Source: Perna viridis
Lineage: Eukaryota
Assembly: GCA_037379345.1 (NCBI GenBank)
Contig: CM074516.1
Location: 16,058,001-16,122,000 of the forward strand
Reading direction: 5' to 3'
DNA: 64,000 nt
The translations under genes and the position numbers were made by a program. Below the pieces are notes generated by a model. The model saw only the letters and a program-made list of their open reading frames with translations. It was not told the origin of the DNA and did not search any database. Shown piece by piece: positions 26,401 through 37,704 of the stretch (position 1 is its first letter; each line of letters starts with the position of its first letter).

Positions 26401-28479
26401 GAAGATGAGAGTATTTGTTTCCAGTAGGTCAGAAATCAACGTTTGGTTCTTCAGTATTTCAATGTAGAATTAGAGAGCCAAGATGTATATAATTGAAAAC
26501 AAAATAGTCAGCAGATAAGGTATTTTGATGTTAATTTTCCTTTTACTTACTTTTCATTGTTCGTATTGGCACTTTGAAAGTAAAAGTTTTTTTTTTGTAT
26601 TTCAAATATATTTTTGCTCTATTATATTGATTTTGAGTATCATTGAATCAGTTGAATTGATTCGATGCTAATGTACCTTGTTATAGTGAGTACATATAAC
26701 GAACTTTAATTTTCTTCATTTAAATATATTTTGTATGTGTATTTAGATGTCTCTTTGTTCTTATTTTTTTAGATCTGTTCAATGCCTCCTATATCTGAAT
26801 TAAAAGTGATTCCACATTCGTGTTTTCTTTAAGCCATTAAATACCATCGAACCCCGCTAGGTCACAGAAATAACAAAATAATAGGATAGTTAAGGCACTT
26901 CAAGTACATTTTTCCACTACACAAAATAACAGTCATAAAATGCAACAGTTAAAGTAACGCTTATGTCATCGTTGTTCAATATAATTATTTATTCAGTGTT
27001 TTATTATTAAGTAAATTTTGCCCACGGGATAAAAAAAAAGTATATACATTGACCATTATATTGAAAACATTCATTAAATTATTAACATAGGCGTATAAAT
27101 ACAATAAAAAGAATCTCCTTCACAACGCTTTTCAGTGCGTTACATTGATCAACGAAATATGCAACATCATGCACACGTACATTACAAACTTTGCCTCACA
27201 ATTGATAAGTTACGAACGGCACTATAATAATATCGGAAAAAAATGACAGCAAAATCTGAAATCTTATAGTATTATAGCAATTTTGTGTCATATTAAAACA
27301 ACATTATGGTGGAATGCGACTTGAAAGTATACTCAAATTATTGTCGCAAAAACGGCCTTAACCATCCTGCGAAGACTGACAAATATAATATTTCCATTTG
27401 CTTTCTTGTCACTAGCATTTGCAAATTTGCAATCTGCAAACCCTTAAAAATGGGGATTTTATAATATTTGTCAAGTACATCTTTTTATAAAGAGTGAAAA
27501 CATGATTTTTTTATGTAAAATATTCCACATCTTATAGCTAGGGGCCCTACATGATGAACAAATAGAAACGGGTCTTTTAGGTACATGAAGCGTCAAAGTT
27601 TATTTTTTTATGTTAATGAAGCGTTGCACTTGACATACACTTCTATTGTCAACGTTCATGTTTTCTGTATTATATCTTGACTACACCTGGTTGGTCTGTA
27701 ATTTGAATATCGTACTTGCTAGTGTAAACTTCCACAAGCACATACAGACAAGAACTAAATTTTTGTAGTTGTTTTATTTTGTTTTGAAATAATGGCTTTT
27801 AAAACTGAAGTAATATGAATATGCTCATATTTTAAGTTTAACTGTATAAATAAGAACTTATATTGCAAGGGATTAGGTAGGTAAAAAACCCATTTTGTTC
27901 AATTTGTTTTCAAATTTATTGCAACAATAAGCCATTGTCGTTTTCTGAAAAGAAATACATTGTACTTTAACCTACAGGGATGCAATGAACAACCAATATA
28001 TCATTACAAAAACATTAAATATAATAAATAAGGCATGCTTATACTTAAAAAAGATACTATACTGCACGATTATACCTAAAACGATTGGTGTTACCATTGA
28101 TGTTTCAGTAGAATTAAATAGCCTTGAAAGCGAAAACATTAATGAACAATAATAGATAAAATTCAATACTCAATGAATTGTGTATTCATATTTAAATTAC
28201 AACTGACATTTATTTATGATATTGCAAATTTCAATGGACGTTCTATGATGATAGATTCGTGTACAAACATTACCCTTACCACTTCATTCAAGAAAGCGTT
28301 GAAGAAATATTAATACTGACATAAAATATATTCTGTTTGAATATAGAAATAAAAAGATTTGTGTTAAATGTCAGAGAGACTTCACTCCAACAGAGAAATT
28401 TCAAATCTAAGGCGTCAAACAAGGGGGAATTCAACTATTTATGAAAAATCAAAATCGCCCCAAATAAGCATAACGTGTT

Positions 28480-30388
28480 CAGTACATGTATGGGATAAAC
28501 TTTCCATTTTATGGGGTAATGGGCAATTGGACATGGCAAATGGGAATGGGGGTGGGACAATGGGGTGTGGGGAATTTGGCAATGGGGTATTGGGCAAGGA
28601 GAATGGGGTATATAAACAGGGCAATGGAGAATGGGGAGAGGGAATAATTTTGATTAGTCAATCGAAAAAAAATTGTTCTGTCTTAATGTTTCTGTAAGCA
28701 ATTTTCCTATCATAATTCTATGACTGTTACATCAATTGAAATAATTTGAAAATTAAACATCTTTTAGAATATTTTTCTTCTTGATTACAGATGTCACAGT
28801 TTATTATTTATATACATTCCTTTAATGTTTAGTTAATTTGTACACTTTTTAATTTCTGGTCATCACAGATTTAAAATGTTCGCGCCCATACAAGTGCGAC
28901 TTCTTAACAATTTTGAAAATTAGGACTGACATAATTTTATGTCACAGGCACTCGTATGATTTTAATATTGATATGTTAAATATATTGATCAATAAAAACA
29001 AGACCCCTTTTTAAATGGAAAATGTTGATTCTCTTTAAATTTTAAATATATGATAAGTGTTGCAACCACGAACCGGATATTAATATTGCCATGTTTGAGA
29101 AATTGTACAGAAATAAATGTGTGACATCCACACATACGATGCTCATTTTGACAATTTCTTTTACATTTTAAACAATTATTTTAGACCATTAAGGAAATTT
29201 CAAGTGTTTTCACAAATTTATTTTCAAAAAACAACTCATTTTAAAGAATTGATCTAAAATATATGGTTTACAGCATTCCACACGACCTTGTATATATCTC
29301 ACCGTTCAACATTATACTTATGACCATTTTAACATTTGGTACAATAGTTTTAGGTAAATTAAATGTTTTGCACAAATACACTTTGCAAAGAGTAATCAAG
29401 GGAACCAAGGTTATAGCTGTAATAAAAAGAATGTAATCCAGGGACAAAGACCAGACATGGAAAACAGACATACACAACAAAGATCATAAAGTAACTAAAA
29501 TCATTGCAAAAATATGTCATTTTGAAAATTTTGGAATAAAATATAGCGTTGAAACCAACAACTTGATATTAATATCACCACATTTAATATTTTAAACAGT
29601 AATTTTGAACCATTATTGAAATAAATGTGTCGCAGTAACACATATAATGCTCATTTTGACAATTGTTTACATTCTGAACAATTATTTGAGACCATTATAA
29701 AGATATTTCAAGTGTTCACACTCATTCAATTTGCACAAATTTCTCAATTTTACGAATTAGTTCTGATATACATGTATCACAGCCATCAACATAATATTTA
29801 TATTGATACTTTAAACATTTTATACAATAGATTAAGAGTGGAAGCTATGTTAAAAGTGTTCCCGAACATACACTTTGCCAAAATATGCCATTTTAAAGAT
29901 TTTTGATAAATATTTTTTATCTAATTAATTTTAAATTAAAACTGTTCGCACCTATACAATTTGCAGAAATATGTCATTTTTGAGAAAATGGATTGAAATA
30001 AATGTGTCATAGCCAGATATATAATGCTTAGTTTGGTATCGCTTACATTTTAAACAATAAGGTTAGTCAATTATTGAAATTTGGTTTTTTTTTTTGCACG
30101 CATATAATTAATTTTGTGGAATTGGGACTGAATATATACACTTGGAAATTAGTGTTTACCAAATTTAAATTTAACATAAAACTAGAATATCCATAAATAC
30201 ATTATTCAGAGTCCTTTTAAAAATTATCGTTGTTCACAATTTGGTACATTTATCTCTAGTTTTAAGAATGTTTTTCATGATAATTCCCCATGCAGCTCGG
30301 AGTGGCGATAATACACAATGCAAGGGAATGGGGGATGGGGCAATAGGGTATGGGGCAAGTTGGAAGTTTATCTCATACAGTGACTGTA
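28480..30388. mobile_element. ~1.9-kb non-autonomous element with TIRs, G-rich subterminal arrays and internal degenerate tandem repeats
   Basis: tgtatgggataaactttcca (28487) is inverted to tggaagtttatctcataca (30361). AATGGG-type arrays at 28510-28643 and 30320-30358. Internal unit aaatgtgt...aatgctcattttgacaat recurs at ~29116, ~29623 and ~30001. Confidence 0.55.
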
Positions 30389-31267
30389 CATTAAATTCAG
30401 CCTACCTTAGATTAAAACTATACAAAAAGACGAACACAAAATACTGATTTGACCAATATTTTTCGTCTCTGTTTTGAAGAGTCATAGAACAAAAAAAAAC
30501 AAAGTAATCATGATCATGATAGTAATGTGCCATACTGCTATTTATACAAGAATTCGATATAAATATAGATAATGTTAACAAGTACTATCTTTAAAAGAAA
30601 GATAGCCGACGCGGTGAAATTGTATTCTTTACTTAGAATATTCTACACTTCATTCAAGAAATAACACACGGCACGCAATTTCGGTACAGATAAGTTATCG
30701 GTATTGGCCAATCAGGTGACTTGCGTTTCCATGGAAGAACATCATTAACGTCAAAGGGTAAAAAGCGGAAATATACCGACTGCGTCGGAAAAAGGGAAAA
30801 AGAGAAAACTTTTTGGGATACGAAAGTCAAAGAATTGTCTAGATTGAAGACCATGATGCAAGCATACATAAATGTAATAAAAGAAACTAGACAGATTGTT
30901 TGGTAATGATTCCATAGTACATCCTAAGAACCTGTTCAGTAGTGAAAATCAAAGTTGCCTATCACAGATGCAAATGCAAATAGGGAAGATAAGCAGAATG
31001 AAGAAAGGGAGATGCAAAAGATAGGCAAGATATAAGTAGCGAACGAAATGACAAATCAAAACCCTGCAATGTAGCTAAATAAGTCTGTGAAATGTATTAA
31101 TGACAATGACATGACAGATATGATTTCTGAATATAATACATTGATAACCAGAAAGCATAAAAAATAAAAAAATAAGTAATGTATAAATGAAATGTGGAAT
31201 CATTAATGGTCGAATAGAAGTGATCAAGTTATTAATTGAAATAATGTTAGAGTAAAAGAGTATTCTA

Positions 31268-31690
31268 TTCGAGGGGCCAAAATACTAGCGGAAATCAAAG
31301 GAATGTAATCCAGTGACAAGGAGCAGACATGGAAAACAGAAAAACACAACAAAGAGCATAAAGTAACTAAATAATACAAACAAAGTAACAAACGTAAAAG
31401 GGAAACTCGTACTGAACTAAAAAATGGGAGCATGGTCCAGGTGCACCGGGAGGGTAAGCGTCCTCTGCTGCTCATTAAAAGTCCAGTCCGGGGTAAACAA
31501 ATGAGGAAAGAAAACTATGACATGTTAAATCATATTCCAGAAGTTTAATGTTAAGATGTGCGCGTGATAAAAAAAGAAGTTTGCATAGCAATGGGAAGCT
31601 CTTTCATTACATATTAGTTGTGATATGAAAACTTCATATGCAGGTGCTGTAGGGATGTAGCCACAGTCGAAAAAAAGTTGACAATTCTGA
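31268..31690 (-). mobile_element. Penelope-like 3' fragment
   Basis: Same terminal unit (ggagcatggtccaggtgcaccgggagggtaagcgtcctc) plus decayed RT-thumb sequence. Confidence 0.7.
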
Positions 31691-31859
31691 TTGTGTGTTT
31701 ACTGTTTTTCATTTAATCGTCAAAACACAGTTTTCTGCTGCTTACTATTAAATTGCAATGATTGAAACCAATCGCTCATGTCGCTATTTTTTTAACGCTA
31801 TACCAATATATCAAAGAATTAACTTTCATAAGAATCCTGGAAAAAATCATTGGAAGATT

Positions 31860-32750
31860 AGAAGTAAAGATTGATTACTGGGTTGATGAATATCTCACCC
31901 TTTGACCTAAAGCCATAATAATATCTACTGCTGTTCCATTCGCTGTGGTGTTGAGGAATTGCTGTCGACGAAAACAGCATTTCAACAGTCCAAAATGCCT
32001 TTTCGACAACTACCCTGAAGAATGGTAACGATTATATTTGTTTGATTAAAATAATTGTTGCCTTGGTATGACATTAAAGCCAAGGCCTGAGAGGTAAGTA
32101 ACAATTGTAAATAAATGATATATCATGTACACATGCAAAGTCCATTTTCCATCAGTCAGACAGCTATAAGATTCTCGCAACATGGAAACTCCAATGATGT
32201 CCAGTGAACTCATTTGTGAATGACATGTTTAGCGAACTAACTGCTTGTTATTGAATCGAACGATTTTTTTACGGTTGACGTATGACTGAGGGTGTTCTTG
32301 GAATGCGCTTGTTTTTATGTCAAAGGCTCCCATTATCCTCGGGAAACCATTTACCATCTGAAATTTATTTGTTTCCTATCTGAACGTATGTTGGCAAATT
32401 TATAAAATAATTAGGTAGAGTTTCTTGTAATAACTGAAATAATTTTATTTCTGCTTTCCATTACCTTAGATTCAGAAATACGAAATTCTATTAATTGTAT
32501 CAAGCCTGCCAACAAACCACAATTTCAAAACCAACTGCTTTTCTACAGGTAATGTCTCCTTATCTCTGCAATGAGTTTTAAGCTCTTTTTACGAATGACG
32601 TTTAATATTTGAGTGGAAGGGCCATCTCCACATAATTTAAAATTCTTTCACTGCTTATTGGTTTCATACAAAAACAGAACACACTCATTGATATGCAATA
32701 CATCAAAAAGAATATAGAAAGCAGGGTGTCATAATGTGCCAACATATGTT
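31860..32750 (-). mobile_element. Harbinger/PIF (HARBI1-type) transposase fossil
   Basis: Minus-strand fragments in family order: RILNYVE, LPVEKQLVLKLWFVG, GFPRIMGAFD, HPQSYVNRKK, SIQ*QAV, FTNEFTGHHWSFHVARIL (PGSVHDARIL equivalent), PLRPWL, YNRYHS..RVVVEKAF.GLLKCCFRR. Many frameshifts. Confidence 0.78.
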
Positions 32751-32810
32751 TTATAAACTGTTTAGCTAACATAGAATATAAGAACATTGATTTTGATCAC
32801 TTGCATGTAT

Positions 32811-32995
32811 CGTGTTCGAGTCCCGCGGAGGGAACGACAAAAAATTGCTTCGGAAATTTGACAGTTCTAACACCGATTGGAATTTTTCAGACCCTTCTAA
32901 AAGTTTACGTTATCTTCCCTGTATCAATTTGATCCGATGGAGCATTGTAGAGAATAGAGTCGTCACTTTCTTAGACGTTATATATATATATATAT
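32811..32995 (+). mobile_element. tRNA-derived SINE-like fragment
   Basis: B-box-like gttcgagtccc, then ggagggaacgacaaaaaattg, ending in a (TA)n run. Confidence 0.4.
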
Positions 32996-34118
32996 CTTGT
33001 AATTTTTGTAATTTACTCAAACCATGTAATGAAAGGATAATTTAGTGTAAAAAACATACGTAGCATCAGGAATGGCTGCTACCAGATGCCTTGGAAGAAC
33101 ATTTTCATAATTAAACCCAGAGTCACTTTGGAGTAACTTCAAAGCAGTAGCAACCAAACCCACTTTCATACCCTCAATATTGAAACCACTCAATTATCAA
33201 TATTATTCGGAATGTACGGACCATTGCATATAACATAATAATCAAGCACGACATGAGTTAAGAAATAGTATGTTACTAATCTAAATCCAAATCATGGAAA
33301 TTGAAGTGACCGATTATTCCTAATGCTAGTAGTTTGGATGATACTGCCATTTCTTTAAAATGTTCGGAGCTATTAGTAACTGCGAGAATTTGTCAAGTGG
33401 AAAATTCGTTTTGTATATCTGGTGTACGTTTAATCATTGCAGTGAAATTCCTTCTCCAGAAAGTTAGTATTATATAACATTAAACGAAGTTAAATATGCA
33501 TGTGCACTTAATTGTCAGTTTGGATACATGCTGTACACATAGTGGGAACAGAGGTATACCTGTATCTGAAAACCTCAACCTTACATGTGTTAAGATATAG
33601 AATAATGGTTTCTTCTGAAGAGAGAATACATTGTACTCAATTTATTTGTAAGTTAATGCACTAATAAGGTGTGTAGTTATTGTTGAAATTAAAAATCTAA
33701 ATCTTGGAATCATTGAGATTAAGATGAACATAATAAGAAATTACTTTCTATAAATTCCAAAAAAAAATTGTAATCATTAAAACATGCATCACCCAATTTT
33801 TATTGCAGTAGATAAGCACCATGTGTCTTGATTGAAAAAGAAGTGCAATCATGTCATTCTAAAATGGCCATGAGCACTAAAGACACGTCATCGAATATTT
33901 TTCAACCAGGTACAGTGTGCAATTTACTTATGCAATATTTTAATTGAATTACTATGGACAATACCATTTAAAAAAATATTTGTTTTTTCGATTAATGTAG
34001 CCAACAATACTACACAACAAAAAAACACATGCATATGTATAAAGTATATGTACAAACCTTTCTGTTTAATGTAAAATACATGTTATTGTAATTGAAACAT
34101 ACATGTACATTCAATGTA

Positions 34119-34191
34119 CAAACAAGTTTCCAGCTTATGTAAAAATACAATGTACTACATTGTATTTTTTACATAAGCTGGAAACTTGTTT
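34119..34191. repeat. Perfect 73-bp palindrome (36-bp arms, 1-nt spacer)
   Basis: caaacaagtttccagcttatgtaaaaatacaatgta-c-tacattgtatttttacataagctggaaacttgtttg. Confidence 0.95.
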
Positions 34192-34259
34192 GGTTTTTAT
34201 TGGAATATTATGGATGACAATTTAGTATTTCTTATTCCTCTGATTATATTTATTGATTT

Positions 34260-35103
34260 TTAGAACATTGCATAGAACATGACTACAGTTTTAATGCTGT
34301 TAAGGATTTTCCTGACATGTGTGATGCTGAAACACAGACTTGTCTGACAAAGGCCGACATCAATAAAGTGGAAGACCAGTAAAGAATCTTGAGGGTGGGT
34401 TGGAGGATTCCAAAAATAAAATACTGGTCAAGGAAGACAAGTGCAGCAAGGCAACAAGCAATGAGTTTCTCATATATTTACCACCTGGATCAATCTTATG
34501 AACAGCAGTTTTTTCCTTGCATAAAATGGCCAAAACGAGACAAAATAAAAAAGTACATGCCTCTATCTTTCAGAAACTACTGTCATTATAGACTGTACTG
34601 AATTATTTATTCAAACATCTGGATCACCAACAACACATATTATAACTTACAGTACCTACATACATCATAACACTTTTAAAGTTTTAGTGAGTATAACTCC
34701 GTCAGGTGCATTCAATTTCATTTCTGACCTGTAGGGAGGAAATACATCAGATAGGTTTATTACGGAAAATAGTGACTTTCTTGATATGGTTCGTCCAGGA
34801 GATGAAATTATGGCAGAGGTTTTACCGTAAGAGATCTTTTATTAGACAGGCGAGCAACACTAGTTCTTCCTCCTATTACTAGGAAATGTGAATGGGGTAA
34901 AGGTCGGCGTCTTACATCAGCAGAAGTAAAACTTACTAAAAATATTGCTTGTCATAGAATTCATGTAGAAAGGGCAATACAGAGATTGAAGAAATTTCGA
35001 ATGTTATCAGGTGTGTTGTTGGATTGAAAATATAAACCACTGGCCAATCAAATGGTAACAGTAGCTGTTTTTTTGCAACCTTGACAAACCACTTGTGAAG
35101 TAA
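34260..35103 (+). mobile_element. ISL2EU/Harbinger-superfamily (DDE_Tnp_4) transposase fossil
   Basis: [95 protein letters not shown]. Contains stops and deletions. Confidence 0.85.
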
Positions 35104-35739
35104 TGCTACATCTAAACTTTTGTATTTGTATGCTTTTTCAGGTTTTTATCATTATTATTTGAACATTGTTAGAGTTAAACTTTTTCAGCAATTGTCCAGC
35201 GAAAAGAGAAAGTCGGTACAGTGCTTACATGTTCCATTATCCCTAAGAAAGACTAAAAAACAATAAAATTATAATTTATGTCCATATATAAAATATCCTA
35301 AAAATGTATACATACTTTTACATGTACACGTATGTATCAATAAAATAAGTGGATCTGAAGGGGCAATAAGGCCACTGTCATGGAAGTATTTTTAATACAT
35401 TTTTATGTAATACTCAACAGTTTAGCTAATTGATTCCTCAAGTGAATTTATTTTTTAGCAATGTACTATATAATATAGTTTTCTTGAAAAAAAAATTGGG
35501 GCTCCTGATTTTGCCCTTTTAAGTCTGCCACCGTATAGACTAAGAAATTATGCAAGGCCTGCCTATATTGAACTGGCAGTTTTTGTTATGTTTGAGAAAA
35601 AGGGACTAGAAACTGGTCTATGATGATTTCATTCCTTTTTGGTGGTTCTTTCCATTGTGTCACCGGGTATTTTGTGGCATTAAGAAAAATGTCGTTCCAT
35701 ATAAATTTTTTTTATTCTGAAAATACAATTAATCAACTT

Positions 35740-36133
35740 TGTAATATAAAATTACAATAGCGAGATTAACATTTCTCGTATTGAACTATTAAATAATTCC
35801 GAACATTTATTATATTTATAATTAACTAACCTGAAAATACAGGGAACTGTGGCAAAACAGTCCACTCTGTGCCACGTATGCCCGTACAATGTAATGACTA
35901 CAGGTGTGACAGGCAGTTAGTAAACAGGTGATATTTTTCATGCAAGAGTGCATTCAAATTAAGGTGCGTTTGACTTTTAAGTTTGGTCCGTCAGTTAATA
36001 TGAACTGATGATGTAATGAATGATTAATGAATTAAATGACTTGGATAAAATGTATATCATATTTTATCTAAATCAATAGTTTTAATTAAATAAAACCAAA
36101 AATACGGAAAGCTAAATGGACCTTCCCATGACA
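35740..36133 (-). repeat. Gypsy 3' LTR (possibly truncated on its outer side)
   Basis: TG...CA, matches 49909-50293; AATAAA on the minus strand ~65 nt before the end. Confidence 0.82.
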
Positions 36134-36291
36134 TGGTCCCCCACAGGACAAAATGCGTCCCCGAATTTCTGTACATATAATACAAAAACATCAAATTAAA
36201 GAAATAATTAAACAAACATTAAACATATGTATGAATAGTATGTGGCAAATGCCTCGATACTATTATAAAATAACAACACAAGTTATACATA

Positions 36292-36953
36292 TTAATTGGA
36301 AACTCTATTTTCATTGTCCAATGTGACCTTCTGCATTTGTGACGCCCATTTCTCGCCAAGACCCTGTGATGGATGTAACCCATCTACAAGATGTGAATAT
36401 TTATATCTGATTATATCAGAACATCTCTGATGCACATAGCTGTGTAAGAACGGAGTACATAACTCATTTTGCGAGTTAAACTCGGTAATGAATCTATTTA
36501 GAGTTAAAAGAATAAAATTTAATCGGTCCTGCATGGCATTATACTGGGACTCGTGCGCAAGAAATGTTGTTCTGCGTGCTAACAACCGGTGATGATTCTA
36601 TTTCTCTAAATTCATAGTTGTTATAATAGCAAAAACTAAATAGCATCGCATACGTCGCAACTGTTCATATACGGTTTCCTTCGAGTTCTTATACGTATCA
36701 ATAATAGAATTCACACTAATATTCATAGTTAAATAGATTCCTGATATAAAGGATATTCCTTTGAACGTAACGTACAAATATCTGGTATGCTACGTACAAA
36801 ATACACGAATCTAGTCCTTTCAATCGAACGTAAGTCTCTTTTAGCCATGTCCAATAATTTCAATATCTTCCGATCGGGCCTCACAATTACTCCAGAACAA
36901 CTTAAACCTTCTAAATATCTCCCCCTACTGGAACAATAGACATACGAATTCAT
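36292..36953 (-). pseudogene. Gypsy ORF3 in the env position: SGNH/GDSL hydrolase-like, ~220 codons, one frameshift and one stop
   Basis: ORFs 36729-36953 and 36292-36585 join via a frameshift near 36735 and a TAG (probably TGG) at ~36600. Motifs YCSSRGRYL (block I-like), FVYFVRSIPDIC (block III-like) and LVDGLHPS..LGEKWA (DxxH block V). Confidence 0.62.
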
Positions 36954-36980
36954 GATCTGAAGATAAAAACGAAATAAAAC
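36954..36980 (-). promoter_or_regulatory. Candidate splice acceptor 3 nt upstream of the ORF3 ATG
   Basis: Minus strand reads gttttatttcgtttttatcttcag|atcATG; AG at 36958-36957. Confidence 0.5.
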
Positions 36981-36981
36981 T

Positions 36982-37528
36982 TGGAGCAGAGTGATTGCGC
37001 AGTGGAAGCGATTTCACGATTGTTTGTTCAACCATGCAATTGGGAAGCTAGACGACGAGCACTATAACTTTTGTCTACGACCATGATTTCGATTAAAAAC
37101 GATCTTTCTAATCCTACGTTTATTTACATAATATATACATTCACATATTTGAATACAATGTTTACCGATCGAACTCTGATTTCTAACTGACCATAATTAT
37201 GTGCCGAATCTGAACAAATAAACCCAATTAACCTAAATGTAACTCCCCAAATTACCAATTTGAACTTTTACCTTCTCATTGTCTGTCTGATACAGATCAT
37301 TAAATATGTTAAACAGCTGACCGCTATCAAAATAATTAATTAGTTCCAAGTACTGGATGACCAGACAAACAACGACTATCTTATCTTAACTAGATCAAGG
37401 TTACAATTCGATTTCTATGTAAAATTATCAATGAAAATTAAAAGTGAAAAGAAATAAAACTAGCTAAAAAAACGTTATCTAAAAACATATGAAAATTGAA
37501 GTCAAAAAACATAATTGTCTTCTAAACA
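36982..37528 (-). repeat. BEL/Pao 3' LTR
   Basis: Near-identical to 43331-43877; PPT aagaaggggagaa at 37541-37529. Confidence 0.96.
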
Positions 37529-37704
37529 TTCTCCCCTTCTTGATTGAGCATAGCCAATCAACAACAACAAAAAAAATAAAAAAAATAAAACGAAATAAAT
37601 GAAAATATTCGATAGTCTATAATTCATAACTATAGCGATAGTCCATATAAACGGAGAAAATTAAAGTCACTGCTTCTTGATAGTTATTGCACGTTAAATT
37701 TAAG

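Noticed and set aside
28368-28697. Gly-rich ORF
   Set aside because: Translation of the AATGGG-type repeat array.
36134-36150. tggtcccc after the LTR as the PBS of a plus-strand element
   Set aside because: The coding domains are on the minus strand, where this reads as the PPT.
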